From a virus (Duplodnaviria; Caudoviricetes): 56,496 nucleotides of DNA. Below the pieces are notes generated by a model. It was not told the origin of the DNA and did not search any database. It was given only the letters and a program-made list of their open reading frames with translations. Position numbers and translations under genes: made by a program. The stretch lies in the IMG/VR virus record IMGVR_UViG_3300027782_000104, positions 1 through 56,496 of that record, one strand, 5' to 3'. This document shows, one piece after another, positions 38,471 to 47,549 of this stretch (its first letter is position 1; every line of letters starts with the position of its first letter).

Positions 38471-38693
38471 TCTTGTTCCCCAATGCTTCATTAACTAATT
38501 TCACTGCTTGCGAAAGACTTTCTTCTACAAACCATTCTTTTTCGTTCGCACCATTCATACAGAAAATTGTAGTTGTTAATCCACCCTCAGGCCCGCTTCT
38601 GCGAGACTCATACAAAGTTAGAATATGATTTGCGTTAATATATACAGGCTGATCTAGATGATTCATATTAAGATTGGTGAACTTGACTAGCAT
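38439..38693 (-). CDS. Small protein, FlbD-like
   Basis: VKFT.LN...PVYIN..HI......T.I.......VEES...V; tentative resemblance. Confidence 0.5.
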   Translation of the reverse strand: MLVKFTNLNMNHLDQPVYINANHILTLYESRRSGPEGGLTTTIFCMNGANEKEWFVEESLSQAVKLVNEALGNKNANRKDCSCK

Positions 38694-39216
38694 TAAACCA
38701 CTCCGGTGTTTCACGGCTTGTCCATTTCGCGAACCGTGCTTTATGATTTATATAGTATGTGCGATAGCCCTCAATAGGATCAGGACGCTTACAATCATCA
38801 GGCATCGCTTGAGGAAATTCGTAGACAGGACCATTCTTGAGACTGTTAGGCTTGTGGTGCAAAGTCTTCCACAACATTTCGCATTTGTGTACCTTGTTGT
38901 ACCGATGACGATATTCATTCAGTAGCGCACGGAATAACATTACAGCCCACACATAATTATCTGACGACTGCATCACCCACTGAGTGCAGGGATGTCCGAC
39001 ATGAGTAGCCTTGTATAGTGAAAGCTCGCGATCGTCGTGCAGTTTCCAACGCTTGATCTTACGACCAGACGATGCGTCGGTATACTCTTCGCCGTCAAGA
39101 ATACGATGCGCCGTAGAAAGCATTTGAGCTTCCTCGAGAATCATCTTGACCACATGCTTATCGCAGTGGTACTCTGCGGCTTTGAGTGGATTCTGGTCTA
39201 GGATAAATCTGTTCAT
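38668..39216 (-). CDS. Pyrimidine-dimer glycosylase/DenV-related protein
   Basis: MN.F.LD..P..AA..HCDKHVVKMILE.AQMLSTAH, YKATH..HPCT.W, EY..RY.K.H, PQAMPD, YR.YY...K..FAKW. Confidence 0.8.
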   Translation of the reverse strand: MNRFILDQNPLKAAEYHCDKHVVKMILEEAQMLSTAHRILDGEEYTDASSGRKIKRWKLHDDRELSLYKATHVGHPCTQWVMQSSDNYVWAVMLFRALLNEYRHRYNKVHKCEMLWKTLHHKPNSLKNGPVYEFPQAMPDDCKRPDPIEGYRTYYINHKARFAKWTSRETPEWFNASQVHQS

Positions 39217-39434
39217 TTGCCAATCTTGCTCATTGATTTTCTGCCGATGGTTTCATTCACTCGCGCTCTGATATAAGCATTTTCCCAAGTCCACGACTCA
39301 CCCGTGTCATCTTGGAAACACACCCACATCAGGTCATTTTCAATACCATAGTCAATCAGGAAATGTGCCATTGCTCTACCCTTCGGTGTCATCAAAGGAA
39401 TAGGTGGATTCAATTGCGTTATGGTATTGCTCAC
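39213..39434 (-). CDS. Hypothetical protein
   Basis: 73 aa, coupled overlaps; QLNPPIP..TPKG...AHFLIDYG.E..L.WV. Confidence 0.8.
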   Translation of the reverse strand: MSNTITQLNPPIPLMTPKGRAMAHFLIDYGIENDLMWVCFQDDTGESWTWENAYIRARVNETIGRKSMSKIGK

Positions 39435-39868
39435 ACCTTCACTCCCAAATATTCTGCGATTCGATGCGTCAACGAAATCTGATTGGTTTCAGCTTGCCGT
39501 GTCGCTCGCCGTTCAAAATACATACGCATTTTAGCCACTTCTGTGATTGATTTCATGTTGCGAATATCGGGATCAATATCATTGAACCTGACACCTGAAA
39601 ACCCCATGCGCCAATCTTTCATTTCGTCTGTAACTCTATCAGCAATCCACTTAGCGGGATCACTAGTGATTAGCGATAGCTGTTCCTGCATGTCTTTGAT
39701 ATATCCACTGGTATCTTTTACCATAGGAGTAGAATATGATTCTTTGGCAATCGAATAACCAATATCATAGGTCTGAGAAGGAACAGGATTCATATCTGAT
39801 TGAACGCCAAGAGTTGAAGCACCAACAGCACCAAGACCTAGAAATGATAGCATACTACGTCTATTCAT
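39431..39868 (-). CDS. Hypothetical protein with twin-arginine-like N-terminus
   Basis: MNRRSMLSFLGLGAVGA; GAGG SD. Confidence 0.7.
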   Translation of the reverse strand: MNRRSMLSFLGLGAVGASTLGVQSDMNPVPSQTYDIGYSIAKESYSTPMVKDTSGYIKDMQEQLSLITSDPAKWIADRVTDEMKDWRMGFSGVRFNDIDPDIRNMKSITEVAKMRMYFERRATRQAETNQISLTHRIAEYLGVKV

Positions 39869-40010
39869 CGTTGTCAACCTCTAATATCGCATAGACGATA
39901 GGCACAATCTTGCGATATATCCAACGCTCTGGTTCTTCAAAACGAATCACAGGTAGGATATCATCTTCTTTATCCACCCAGTGTGGATAACATAACCAAG
40001 CAAGCTTCAC
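39861..40010 (-). CDS. Small hypothetical protein (49 aa)
   Basis: Manual translation MKLAWLCYPHWVDKEDD...EVDNDE*; GTGA overlap with the YccA stop. Confidence 0.55.
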   Translation of the reverse strand: MKLAWLCYPHWVDKEDDILPVIRFEEPERWIYRKIVPIVYAILEVDNDE

Positions 40011-40708
40011 TTTCTATCTCCCAACAACTGAAGCAGGTTCACAAAGATATTGATGAAGTCTAGGTAAAGATTGAGAGCGCCAAAGATGCCAGCCTTGCGG
40101 ATTTCTTCGTCGTCATTTAGTTCGTAATACTTCTCTTTGATATCCTGCATGTCATATGCGGTGAAGCCAACAAAGATAAGCACACCGATAACGCTGATGG
40201 CAAAAGCCATAATGCTACTCTGTAGGAACAGATTGACAACACCAGCGATCATCAAACCAATAGCGCCCATCATGAGGAACGAACCCATGCTACTGAGGTC
40301 ACGCTTGGTTGTGTAGCCGTACAATGCAGTAGCACCAAATGTTGCAGCACTAATGAAGAACACATTAGCAATGCTGCCCAGCTTGAATATCATAAAGATG
40401 CTACTAAGGCTCAGGCCCATCAAAGCAGAGAAACAATAGAGCATGGTCCTTGCTGTGCTAGACGACATACTATCTGCCATGTACGAGAACAGGAACACGA
40501 ATGCAAGAGGCGCAAAGATAGCAACCCACTTGAACGGTGTTCCCCAAATAGCTGCACCAATCTCAGGTGTGAGACCAATGTATGCGCTGACAACCGCACT
40601 GATTAGCAATGCGATTCCCATATGATTGAACACACCAACGAGATATGTTCTCAGACCCCAATCAACGACTGGTGCTGGGTATGCGTGTGATTCGTTTTGA
40701 TATGACAT
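40007..40708 (-). CDS. Bax inhibitor-1/YccA family membrane protein
   Basis: About 7 hydrophobic helices; GLR.Y...V.N.M, YGYTTKRDLS.MG.FL.M, TAYD.Q.IK, GAL.LYLDFIN.F. Confidence 0.93.
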   Translation of the reverse strand: MSYQNESHAYPAPVVDWGLRTYLVGVFNHMGIALLISAVVSAYIGLTPEIGAAIWGTPFKWVAIFAPLAFVFLFSYMADSMSSSTARTMLYCFSALMGLSLSSIFMIFKLGSIANVFFISAATFGATALYGYTTKRDLSSMGSFLMMGAIGLMIAGVVNLFLQSSIMAFAISVIGVLIFVGFTAYDMQDIKEKYYELNDDEEIRKAGIFGALNLYLDFINIFVNLLQLLGDRK

Positions 40709-40718
40709 TTGATTTCCT

Positions 40719-40964
40719 TTACCATTCTGGACCAGTTGTCTTTTCGGTACGCTCATAGATATAGCTGAAGTCTACGCCATACGCAGGAACGACCAATAGC
40801 TTCTGCGGCATGTTGTTGCCATCACGCTCACCGAGAACGCCACTAATGAATATAGTATCAGGAAACTTGTCTGGTGTCAAGCGACGAAGGATGTTAGCCT
40901 GCATATCGCACTTCTTTGTAAGGCGTTCAATCTCAGCTTCCAACTCTGCTACACGGTCAGTCAT
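40719..40964 (-). CDS. Hypothetical protein
   Basis: Likely start MTDRVAELE with GGAG SD. Confidence 0.65.
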   Translation of the reverse strand: MTDRVAELEAEIERLTKKCDMQANILRRLTPDKFPDTIFISGVLGERDGNNMPQKLLVVPAYGVDFSYIYERTEKTTGPEW

Positions 40965-41259
40965 CTTTCCCCTCCAGTGCTTTGCGCGTTTCCGGCTTAA
41001 GATAGTGCCAGTCCGCCCGTGCAAGATACCCTGCCACATCATCCAGCGCCGCCTCCAGCTTCTCGATATGATTGGTGGCTTTATTGAAAGCATGGAAATA
41101 CAACTTAAATTGGCTTTCCAGTTTTTCGATGCGCTGTTCTTTATCAGCAATGGTCTGCTTCATTTCCATGATGCCGCCAGGCCCAGAAGTGAGTCGTTCA
41201 TTTTCTTTCGCAACAGCCTCAGCGAATTGCTCAAGCGGCATTTCAAGTTTGTGATTCAA
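40957..41259 (-). CDS. Hypothetical coiled-coil protein
   Basis: 100 aa with repeated IEKLE. Confidence 0.65.
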   Translation of the reverse strand: MNHKLEMPLEQFAEAVAKENERLTSGPGGIMEMKQTIADKEQRIEKLESQFKLYFHAFNKATNHIEKLEAALDDVAGYLARADWHYLKPETRKALEGKDD

Positions 41260-41479
41260 GTTCGTCTTCTCCTGGATGGATAGTAAGTGTTGCTTCTCTT
41301 AGTCTATAACCTCTGTCATGCCATCTCTGTATACGGGTAGGGCGTTCGATATCATGTACCTCGTGCCCAAGCTTTCTATACCATGCTTCACCAGCAGTGG
41401 GAGCAAATGTCCAGTATCCAAGCGCATAGGCTGCATCGCCAGGAGGAACAATCACGAATCCTTTGATTTCTTTGGTCAT
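41243..41479 (-). CDS. Hypothetical protein
   Basis: ATGA-coupled start MTKEIKG. Confidence 0.6.
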   Translation of the reverse strand: MTKEIKGFVIVPPGDAAYALGYWTFAPTAGEAWYRKLGHEVHDIERPTRIQRWHDRGYRLREATLTIHPGEDELESQT

Positions 41480-42165
41480 TGATAGAATTTCCAATATGTT
41501 TGTTGATACATACCGAACGGGTGTTTGTTGTTGATATTCTTATAGATGAGCGCGAAATCGCCCGCGATAGACTGACGAATCCCTTTCTGGTCACCCATAT
41601 GAGTTGTTGAGTGAATGAGTTTAGAAGGGAAAATATAAAGCTCGCCTTCTTTAGGAATGAAGTGATAATTTTTATCGTTGTACCGATTAGAACCTTTGCA
41701 GTTCGGCGGTTCGCCTAATGTCTGGTCGAACCCATAATGAAAAGGCTCATTTATGTTTGGTCGGTAATCGTGAAAATTTATAGACTGACAATTCTCTGGA
41801 GTGTTTACATAATAGATAAACGACAAATGATGATCAGCATGACTATGAGCCGGAACAATAATCTGATTATCGCAAAACGAAAACCATGACTTCGCTAAAG
41901 CCAAATAAAAATTATCTATTTCCATATTGAGTTCCATGATATAGAGTTTAGCACAAACAGCCACATAATCATAGAACTCTTCGAACGCCGGTTCGTGCTG
42001 AACTTGATTATATCCATAATGTTCGCCTGTCAAAAATCGACCATCCTTATCATAGTGGCCATACTTTTGATATTTACGTTCGAAGAGTTCTTTGAACTCA
42101 GTGTGCTTTTCATATTCGAACGTACATACGAGCGTAGGATATAATTCATGTTTGTTCATTATCAA
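41476..42165 (-). CDS. Putative 2OG-Fe(II) oxygenase
   Basis: LYPT.V, SWF, HSH...HLSFIYY, P.EG.L.IFPS.L.H, R.SIA.D. Confidence 0.82.
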   Translation of the reverse strand: MIMNKHELYPTLVCTFEYEKHTEFKELFERKYQKYGHYDKDGRFLTGEHYGYNQVQHEPAFEEFYDYVAVCAKLYIMELNMEIDNFYLALAKSWFSFCDNQIIVPAHSHADHHLSFIYYVNTPENCQSINFHDYRPNINEPFHYGFDQTLGEPPNCKGSNRYNDKNYHFIPKEGELYIFPSKLIHSTTHMGDQKGIRQSIAGDFALIYKNINNKHPFGMYQQTYWKFYQ

Positions 42166-42848
42166 ATCTCCACGATCTTCGGAGCATAACGCCAGTAATC
42201 GTCACGCTCATTCTTGTAGCCACGAGGATGGCAGATCACGCGAGTATCGCCAATCATGTAGTCGAAGTCATCATGCGTGTGCCCGTGAATCCAAAGCTTA
42301 GGTGGCTTTTTCATATTGAGAATCTGTTTCTCAAGATTATTGGCAAAGCACACATTATGCGGATCGTTCATGTAGCGTTCGTGCACCGAACGCATCGTAG
42401 GCGCATGGTGCGACACGATGATATCAGCGTCCATACCGAACAGGAAATGTTTGTGCATTTCGTGGGCTTCAATCATAGCTTTTTGCGTGAGGTCTGAGAT
42501 ATAGTAGCAATCAATCAGGCCTTTCTTGTAGGTGTACCACGCCAGATTGTCCTGCAAGTTTGTCCATAGAGTAGCACCAGCAATGCGAACACCGTTGACC
42601 TCGCGCAAGATCGTGTGATACTTGGCATCCGAGAATGTGTTGCCATAGTAATCGTGATTACCATGGATAGCCAACATATGGTCGTAATGTTTCGAGCAGA
42701 ACGCTGCACGAGAAGCCGCGTCCTCGCAGATATCGCCGGCGCAGATATAAAACACGTCTGCCTCAGGCTCGAAATCCCAAGGCGTTTCTTCCGTCTTCAC
42801 AGTCTTGTACATGTGAAGGTCTGACATAATGCCAATTTTCATAGTCAT
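42162..42848 (-). CDS. Calcineurin-like metallophosphoesterase
   Basis: SDLH, AGDI, GNHDYY, GATLWT, SHHAP, WIHGHTH, PRGY. Confidence 0.92.
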   Translation of the reverse strand: MTMKIGIMSDLHMYKTVKTEETPWDFEPEADVFYICAGDICEDAASRAAFCSKHYDHMLAIHGNHDYYGNTFSDAKYHTILREVNGVRIAGATLWTNLQDNLAWYTYKKGLIDCYYISDLTQKAMIEAHEMHKHFLFGMDADIIVSHHAPTMRSVHERYMNDPHNVCFANNLEKQILNMKKPPKLWIHGHTHDDFDYMIGDTRVICHPRGYKNERDDYWRYAPKIVEI

Positions 42849-42867
42849 CTCCTCAATTCATATGACT

Positions 42868-42896
42868 ATTATAGTCCGTTTCATGTCGTTCGTCAA
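42868..42896 (-). promoter_or_regulatory. sigma70-type early promoter
   Basis: TTGACG-17-TATAAT. Confidence 0.75.
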
Positions 42897-42899
42897 GAC

Positions 42900-43061
42900 T
42901 TACCAGTGACGTATCACGCCAGCAATGATGAACATATTCGTGATGATGTACGACAAAATGATAAGAGTACGGATAAGGGCGACCCTATCCGACTCTGTAT
43001 CAGTGATGCCATCTTTTCTGCCGAGAGCCTTAGCCCAAAGACGCCATAGTCGTTTACGCAA
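42900..43061 (-). CDS. Small membrane protein
   Basis: WRLWAKALG...SD.VA.IRT.I...TN.FIIAGVIRHW; start uncertain. Confidence 0.55.
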   Translation of the reverse strand: MRKRLWRLWAKALGRKDGITDTESDRVALIRTLIILSYIITNMFIIAGVIRHW

Positions 43062-43150
43062 AATACTCGTTCCAGTATTCCACCACATCAGCCCAAATCC
43101 TAGGATTATAGCCCGACTCAATCATGTCCAGTTCTACGTGGATTTCAAGT

Positions 43151-43414
43151 TCACTTTGCACCAAAGTATGCCTCCTGCTGGAATGGGTCCATGTAATACT
43201 TAATGATACGCTTTAAGGCTGCACGAATGCGCCTAAAGTCTTTCATGTCTTGAAGCTCATAGCGCTCAAGCTTTTCGCCATTCTTGTGACGAAGCTTAAG
43301 AGCAGCATATGATTCACAGTTGCTTTCGTATGACTGCTTAAGATTCTCAAGAGTAATCTTGTCTGAAAGCTCGTAGTCGATTTGGATAGTAAGTGACTGA
43401 CTCATTTTTCCCAT
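43151..43414 (-). CDS. Hypothetical protein
   Basis: 87 aa ORF in the co-directional gene chain. Confidence 0.65.
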   Translation of the reverse strand: MGKMSQSLTIQIDYELSDKITLENLKQSYESNCESYAALKLRHKNGEKLERYELQDMKDFRRIRAALKRIIKYYMDPFQQEAYFGAK

Positions 43415-43881
43415 GGCTCCTTAGTCATATGTTCATAGCAAGTGTGACGGTATTTTCCGTCTTCGGTAGGAAATCCGCAGCTGGTAACTTCATAGCACCC
43501 AGGCTCGTCGCAACAGTTGAGGACTTCTTTAAGTTCATGGAAATGATATTCTTTCATATCATCACCATGTTTGAATGCTCCTTCGAGCATACGCCTAGCA
43601 TTAGGCAAAGCTTCGGCATCAAACTCATTACTGATGAATAGTCCATCGCTACACAATGGCGCATACGCATCAGGACCAAAGCCAAGTCGTTCGTAAATCA
43701 GATAGCGATACGAACCACCTTCTTTGCCGTGGTCTGCAATGTGCTTCATAACCCAACGAGTCACTGCGAGCTTCATATCATAGTCGCATGATTCCGCGAG
43801 TTTGTCAAGATCTTTTTCACGCTCAGCCATTGCTTCACCTATCTTTGCGAAAGCTTCCCACATGTCATCTTTATCGGTCAT
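43402..43881 (-). CDS. Hypothetical protein with C-terminal Cys/His motif
   Basis: GGSYRYLIY..LGF...AY; CCDEPGC...CG......Y..TC..H. Confidence 0.7.
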   Translation of the reverse strand: MTDKDDMWEAFAKIGEAMAEREKDLDKLAESCDYDMKLAVTRWVMKHIADHGKEGGSYRYLIYERLGFGPDAYAPLCSDGLFISNEFDAEALPNARRMLEGAFKHGDDMKEYHFHELKEVLNCCDEPGCYEVTSCGFPTEDGKYRHTCYEHMTKEPWEK

Positions 43882-44035
43882 TGTTGTTTGCTTTCACTTC
43901 TGCTTCGAGTTCTTTGATACGCAAACGAAGCTGATCGTTTTCGCGTTCGAGCCTTAGCACTTCCTCAATGAGCTTTTCCACTTCCTTTTCGACAGTGGCT
44001 AGCATATTATCGTACGAGTTCTTAAGTCTGCTCAT
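43871..44035 (-). CDS. Small coiled-coil protein (54 aa)
   Basis: Manual translation MSRLKNSYDNMLATVEKEVEKLIEEVLRLERENDQLRLRIKELEAEVK...*; ATGA coupling. Confidence 0.6.
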   Translation of the reverse strand: MSRLKNSYDNMLATVEKEVEKLIEEVLRLERENDQLRLRIKELEAEVKANNNDR

Positions 44036-44247
44036 GGGAACATATCCACTATTCGGTTGGTTTGCTCATCGACTATACGGACGCGAGCGACAAGACCAGT
44101 CACTGGTTGTGAGAATCGCGATTTGGCAGCATATGCACGAGGCACATATACCTGAGCATCATTTTGCACAGAACCTTCACATGTTGCCCAATTATTAATC
44201 ACTGAACCGATGACGTTCACTATCATATATTCAATGCGGACTGTCAT
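44032..44247 (-). CDS. Hypothetical protein
   Basis: 71 aa in the operon chain. Confidence 0.6.
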   Translation of the reverse strand: MTVRIEYMIVNVIGSVINNWATCEGSVQNDAQVYVPRAYAAKSRFSQPVTGLVARVRIVDEQTNRIVDMFP

Positions 44248-44248
44248 A

Positions 44249-44599
44249 TCAAAACTCTTTCCATATGTAGGTCGAATTCTTGGTTTTGAACTTCACAGTC
44301 CAGTAGCCATCATCATTAACCGACTCCTCAGTGATCTCGGTAATCGGTGTGGTCTGCCAATAATCTTGCGCGGAGTATGTGCGCCCATACGGTGAGCCGA
44401 CGCGAACACCATATCCAATCATAGGATAGTCAGCATTCTTTACAGCCGTGCCGCTCTCAGCGTCAAGGATTTCACACATAGGCCCGGAGTCACCAGCACC
44501 ATCTTTGTCACGTACCAACGAATATCTAGGCATAGGTCTATCTTCTCCACGACTTGCAGCCATCAGCTTCTTCGATTGATATCCAGGCATCACTTGCAC
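44249..44599 (-). CDS. Hypothetical protein
   Basis: Y.L.R..DG, VGS...RTYS.QD.WQTT.ITEI, F.T.NS.Y.W. Confidence 0.7.
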   Translation of the reverse strand: MQVMPGYQSKKLMAASRGEDRPMPRYSLVRDKDGAGDSGPMCEILDAESGTAVKNADYPMIGYGVRVGSPYGRTYSAQDYWQTTPITEITEESVNDDGYWTVKFKTKNSTYIWKEF

Positions 44600-44973
44600 T
44601 CCCGAACATGCTTGCAGTCTTTACGGAAACCAAAGCCAACACAGGTGCAGCTCCAGTGCGAACCATCACAGGTAACAGTGTATGACGAGCCAGGCTTCGA
44701 GCCTTTGACGATGAAAGTCTTGGATGTGGGCGTGACGGTAGCACCTTCAAACTCAGCACGATAGAATGTGGTCCTAGCCTTCTCTATCACGCGCACGGGA
44801 AACTTGGCATCACCCGTAGACAGGCAGAAAACATCAGGACCAAAGCCTTTGAGATTGGGCACGATGGTGCCAGTGTACTCGTTCCATTCGCGAATAACGC
44901 CATTAGCATACGCTTTGACATTACGAGCATCGCGAACCATAACAGTTACCACGTCACCGATATTCATGCCCAA
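44590..44973 (-). CDS. SWIM zinc-finger protein
   Basis: V.GS..G..Y.V...W.CTC.GF.FR..CKH. Confidence 0.8.
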   Translation of the reverse strand: MGMNIGDVVTVMVRDARNVKAYANGVIREWNEYTGTIVPNLKGFGPDVFCLSTGDAKFPVRVIEKARTTFYRAEFEGATVTPTSKTFIVKGSKPGSSYTVTCDGSHWSCTCVGFGFRKDCKHVRECK

Positions 44974-44990
44974 TCCCCTATCTATGAGTA

Positions 44991-45019
44991 ATTATAGCTC
45001 ACTCAGCTTTAGGTGTCAA
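44991..45019 (-). promoter_or_regulatory. sigma70-type early promoter
   Basis: TTGACA-17-TATAAT (perfect). Confidence 0.8.
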
Positions 45020-45445
45020 GACTGAATTTTCGGCTACTGCTTCGGCCCAGGTATAGTTGCGAACAGGAACCTCTTCCTTGAGAGCATTAGCAACAGCCTT
45101 TTCCGCCAACTCCTGATAAGCTTCAGAGTAGATAGTATCGTGCTCATACAAGAACATGAGGCAACACATAGCATGGGCTAGATGACTACGCCCAGTTTCA
45201 CGATCGTTGGCTTCACCCATCTTCCAGGACCAGAGATGGCGCTGAAGAGCGTCGAAGTACCTACGCTTCGCGTCAGGAACGTGAATCCAGTTGTCACGCT
45301 CGTACTTCTGAGCGCCAAGAGTAAGCACGTCTACTGTAGCCATAAGAGCATAAGCGGGAAGCAAACCATACTCCAGCTTATCACCATCGAATTTGCGTCC
45401 ACCAGAATTTGCGTTCTGTGAAGCCTTTACTGCGTCATCATTCAT
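44999..45445 (-). CDS. dATP/dGTP diphosphohydrolase-like protein (DUF5664)
   Basis: G.KFD..KL.Y.LLP..L...V.VLT.GA.KY...NW....RY.DA..RHL..W..GE..D.E.G..HLAHA.CCL.FL. Confidence 0.85.
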   Translation of the reverse strand: MNDDAVKASQNANSGGRKFDGDKLEYGLLPAYALMATVDVLTLGAQKYERDNWIHVPDAKRRYFDALQRHLWSWKMGEANDRETGRSHLAHAMCCLMFLYEHDTIYSEAYQELAEKAVANALKEEVPVRNYTWAEAVAENSVLTPKAE

Positions 45446-45690
45446 TTCACTTTCTCCTCATTTGAAATCACAACAAACTCATCGGCTATGCGATAGAAAT
45501 GCTCAGCCATTTTACGCGAACCATACGACTCTTTCCACGCATACACAGTAGTATCAAATGCTGTCTGTAGAACGAGTCGTGTTGCTTTGCGATCATCCAT
45601 TCCGGATTCTTTTAAGCGATCAGCTTCCTCGAATATGAAATCGAGAAATCTCATTCGAACCAGTGCTTCGTCAAAATCTTTTTCGCTCAT
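45442..45690 (-). CDS. Hypothetical protein
   Basis: 82 aa, ATGA couplings on both sides. Confidence 0.65.
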   Translation of the reverse strand: MSEKDFDEALVRMRFLDFIFEEADRLKESGMDDRKATRLVLQTAFDTTVYAWKESYGSRKMAEHFYRIADEFVVISNEEKVK

Positions 45691-45935
45691 GCGGGCATAT
45701 CCATGTCTAGGAATTTGCGCTCTAGGAACTTGCGGAAGTTCTCAGGCGTGTCTGTTATATATGACTGACGAATTTGCCACAACACGCGATCGCTATTCGT
45801 TTCGCGAACTTTCTCTTCGTCTTTATCAAGCACCACGTATCCGCGATACTCCAGTTCGTCGATAAGATCTTCGCTATCGAAGTCGTCGATATCAACGTCT
45901 ACGTCTACGTCAACAGATACGGTCTTACGCCTCAT
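45687..45935 (-). CDS. Hypothetical acidic protein
   Basis: VDVDVDIDDF..EDLI.ELE.RGY. Confidence 0.7.
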   Translation of the reverse strand: MRRKTVSVDVDVDVDIDDFDSEDLIDELEYRGYVVLDKDEEKVRETNSDRVLWQIRQSYITDTPENFRKFLERKFLDMDMPA

Positions 45936-46104
45936 ATTCCAGCTCCACTTCCTCGACCCAGTTATCAGCGCGAACCCATCGCTCGTTCGTGTTTATATAG
46001 CGAATGCGTGCCTTAGCTTCCTCGTATGAGTCGAAGACTTCGGTCACATATTCGGTAGGTTCACCAATTTCGCGATGCGTCACATTGATACGATATGCGG
46101 TCAT
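45925..46104 (-). CDS. Hypothetical protein
   Basis: Start MTAYRIN after a GAGG SD. Confidence 0.6.
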   Translation of the reverse strand: MTAYRINVTHREIGEPTEYVTEVFDSYEEAKARIRYINTNERWVRADNWVEEVELEYEA

Positions 46105-46111
46105 GATAGCC

Positions 46112-46378
46112 TCACTTAGGGAAGAGATATGAATAAGCCAGCGAACCACTCACGCTCGCGCGAACCTTGCGCTCACCGTTCGGTTCATCATACGCAGTCA
46201 GGCAGAACCCGCCGGTAGAAAACGAGTTGGTCTTGTGCATATAGGTGTATGCCATAGAAACCATGAAAGACCTGAAATCTTCCCATGACTTATAATCCAG
46301 GTTCTCCGAACCCATCGAAGGATTCATCACGAACACAGCTTGAGCGGTCTTGTCGAAATCGTACTCGTCGATATTCAT
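46112..46378 (-). CDS. Hypothetical protein
   Basis: 88 aa, ATGA-coupled. Confidence 0.65.
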   Translation of the reverse strand: MNIDEYDFDKTAQAVFVMNPSMGSENLDYKSWEDFRSFMVSMAYTYMHKTNSFSTGGFCLTAYDEPNGERKVRASVSGSLAYSYLFPK

Positions 46379-46626
46379 TGAGCAGCTTCCTCTTGTTCCA
46401 TACGGTTATAGGTTTCGGCGAAATAGTCGCGAGCGACCTTACGAGCGTAGACCTGATTTCCGCCACGAGCGTTGAAATCCATGAAAGTCTCGACAAGCGC
46501 CCAAGCGCCGGGACGAACTTCGCTGAACACTTCGAACGTGGCAGAACCGTTCCAGCGGATAGCCATATCCAACCACTCGTCGTGAGCTACGATAAAGCCG
46601 TCATTGAGCATACGATGAAATTCCAT
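46375..46626 (-). CDS. Hypothetical protein
   Basis: Start MEFHRML after a GGAGG SD. Confidence 0.65.
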   Translation of the reverse strand: MEFHRMLNDGFIVAHDEWLDMAIRWNGSATFEVFSEVRPGAWALVETFMDFNARGGNQVYARKVARDYFAETYNRMEQEEAAQ

Positions 46627-46636
46627 ACTAACCTCC

Positions 46637-46888
46637 TCAGAGCAGATCGTAGATTTCGCCATCGGCGTGGCGGAACAGAACTTCTTCCATTTCGTCGCTG
46701 TCGATGAACGACACGGTAAACTCACCCATGATACAGATACCGAAGTCACCGAACTCGCCGATAAGGTCGCCCTCGTCAGCACCGGCAAAGCCCTGGAGCT
46801 CGCCTTCGGAAATCTGACGGAAATCGACGGTATCGAGCAAGAGCTGGGCGTCGACTACGGTACGCGGTGCGGAGATTGAGATTTGCAT
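46637..46888 (-). CDS. Hypothetical acidic early protein
   Basis: First gene after the promoter at 46944; AAGGAAA SD. Confidence 0.65.
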   Translation of the reverse strand: MQISISAPRTVVDAQLLLDTVDFRQISEGELQGFAGADEGDLIGEFGDFGICIMGEFTVSFIDSDEMEEVLFRHADGEIYDLL

Positions 46889-46915
46889 TGGCTTTCCTTT
46901 CCTCATTTATACCTT

Positions 46916-46950
46916 ATTGTAACTCAGCTCGACCGGATTGTCAAGCCCCT
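46916..46950 (-). promoter_or_regulatory. sigma70-type early promoter
   Basis: AGGGGC-TTGACA-17-TACAAT. Confidence 0.8.
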
Positions 46951-47152
46951 ATGCGTAGGCAGCGAAACGAACACCGCCTACGGTCAACTCAATCAGATAC
47001 CGATCGTACTCGACGATAGGGTCGGACTCGAGATAATCGCGAACGAAAATCTCAGCCTCAAGATAGGTGGGAAAAGAGGCGATAGCCTCGGGCAGCTCGT
47101 CGGAGCCGTAGAACGAACCGTAAACGGTGAAGGCGCGAGGATAGGCGGACAT
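46949..47152 (-). CDS. Hypothetical early protein
   Basis: 67 aa with AGGAG SD and its own promoter. Confidence 0.65.
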   Translation of the reverse strand: MSAYPRAFTVYGSFYGSDELPEAIASFPTYLEAEIFVRDYLESDPIVEYDRYLIELTVGGVRFAAYA

Positions 47153-47189
47153 TGCGAAGCTCCTGCTCGGTTAACTCAATTTATACCCT

Positions 47190-47225
47190 ATTGTACCGCG
47201 TATATTCGTAGTTGTCAAGGCCCCT
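47190..47225 (-). promoter_or_regulatory. sigma70-type early promoter
   Basis: AGGGGCC-TTGACA-17-TACAAT. Confidence 0.8.
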
Positions 47226-47230
47226 AAATG

Positions 47231-47261
47231 AAAAAAAGCGCCCTTTTTAGGCGCTTTTTTT
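47231..47261. terminator. Bidirectional rho-independent terminator
   Basis: A7-GCGCC-loop-GGCGC-T7. Confidence 0.8.
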
Positions 47262-47273
47262 GTAATTTTCTTG

Positions 47274-47549
47274 TTACAGACGTAACAGTTTTTTAGCGTT
47301 TCGTAACTCGTTGGTGGCGGTTCGTAAATCGAAATCGGCATGATTTTGGTGGAATTTTACTTTACCCTCGATTTTATTTATTACGGCCATTACTTGAAAT
47401 TTGGTAGTAAAATCAGAGGCTTGAAGTAAACGCTTGGCTTCGATTAAATCTAAACTATACTCGACCCATTTTATAGTAGGGTTGAACTTAGCCGCGCCAC
47501 CTTTATACTTTTTGGCGGGGGTATTATACTTGAGAAATAGCTTTGACAT
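47274..47549 (-). CDS. Basic hypothetical early protein
   Basis: 91 aa with AGGAG SD, own promoter and terminator. Confidence 0.7.
   Translation of the reverse strand: MSKLFLKYNTPAKKYKGGAAKFNPTIKWVEYSLDLIEAKRLLQASDFTTKFQVMAVINKIEGKVKFHQNHADFDLRTATNELRNAKKLLRL

Noticed and set aside
39970-39990. Inverted DnaA-box-like pair TTATCCAC...TGTGGATAA
   Set aside because: Lies inside a plausible 49-aa ORF (YPHWVDK), with no AT-rich unwinding region nearby.
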